Source: a virus
Strand: one strand, 5' to 3'
DNA length: 5,446 bases
IMG/VR virus record: IMGVR_UViG_3300029171_000136
Span: 1 to 5,446 of that record
Both the position numbers and the translations under genes were made by a program. The notes below the pieces were generated by a model that worked only from the letters and a program-made list of their open reading frames with translations, made no database searches and was not told the origin of the DNA. Shown here in pieces: positions 5,367 through 5,446 of the stretch (positions are counted from its first letter, which is position 1; every line of letters starts with the position of its first letter).

Positions 5367-5446
5367 ATTCAAGAGTGGTACGCATCTATTCTATAGTATC
5401 AAGTAGGTGTAGTACCACTTTTTAAAAAAAAGCGCGAAAAATATGG
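5336..5446. repeat. Terminal direct repeat, copy 2. It contains the hairpin copy at 5371-5423 and the first 4 nt of the VP2 ORF at 5443-5446.
   Basis: It is identical to 1-111. Confidence 0.97.

Overview
The window holds one complete, circularly permuted genome of a small ssDNA phage of the family Microviridae. It is not phiX-like and looks closest to the gokushovirus/alpavirus type. Bases 1-111 are identical to 5336-5446, so the unit length is 5335 nt. All credible genes are on the + strand: VP2 pilot/minor capsid protein (108-1088), HUH rolling-circle replication initiator VP4 (1566-2699), major capsid protein VP1 (2894-4972), and a small VP3-like protein that runs across the circular junction (5043-5366, ending at base 31 of the unit). 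There are also two small hypothetical ORFs (1315-1518 and 2635-2886). The + strand is extremely A-rich and T-poor. This produces many long but spurious ORFs on the minus strand and in alternative frames. I see no tRNA, rRNA, CRISPR array, integrase or transposase. The part not explained by genes is the non-coding DNA. A roughly 190-nt G+C-rich island (1101-1288) between VP2 and VP4 contains repeated hairpin modules, CTATC and CCTGT short repeats, nested inverted repeats and long G-runs. The short spacer after VP1 (4973-5042) carries a collinear inverted copy of the 3' part of that island. A long AT-rich hairpin (36-88) sits between the VP3-like ORF and VP2. These are candidates for replication, packaging, termination or recombination signals, and their function cannot be decided from sequence alone.
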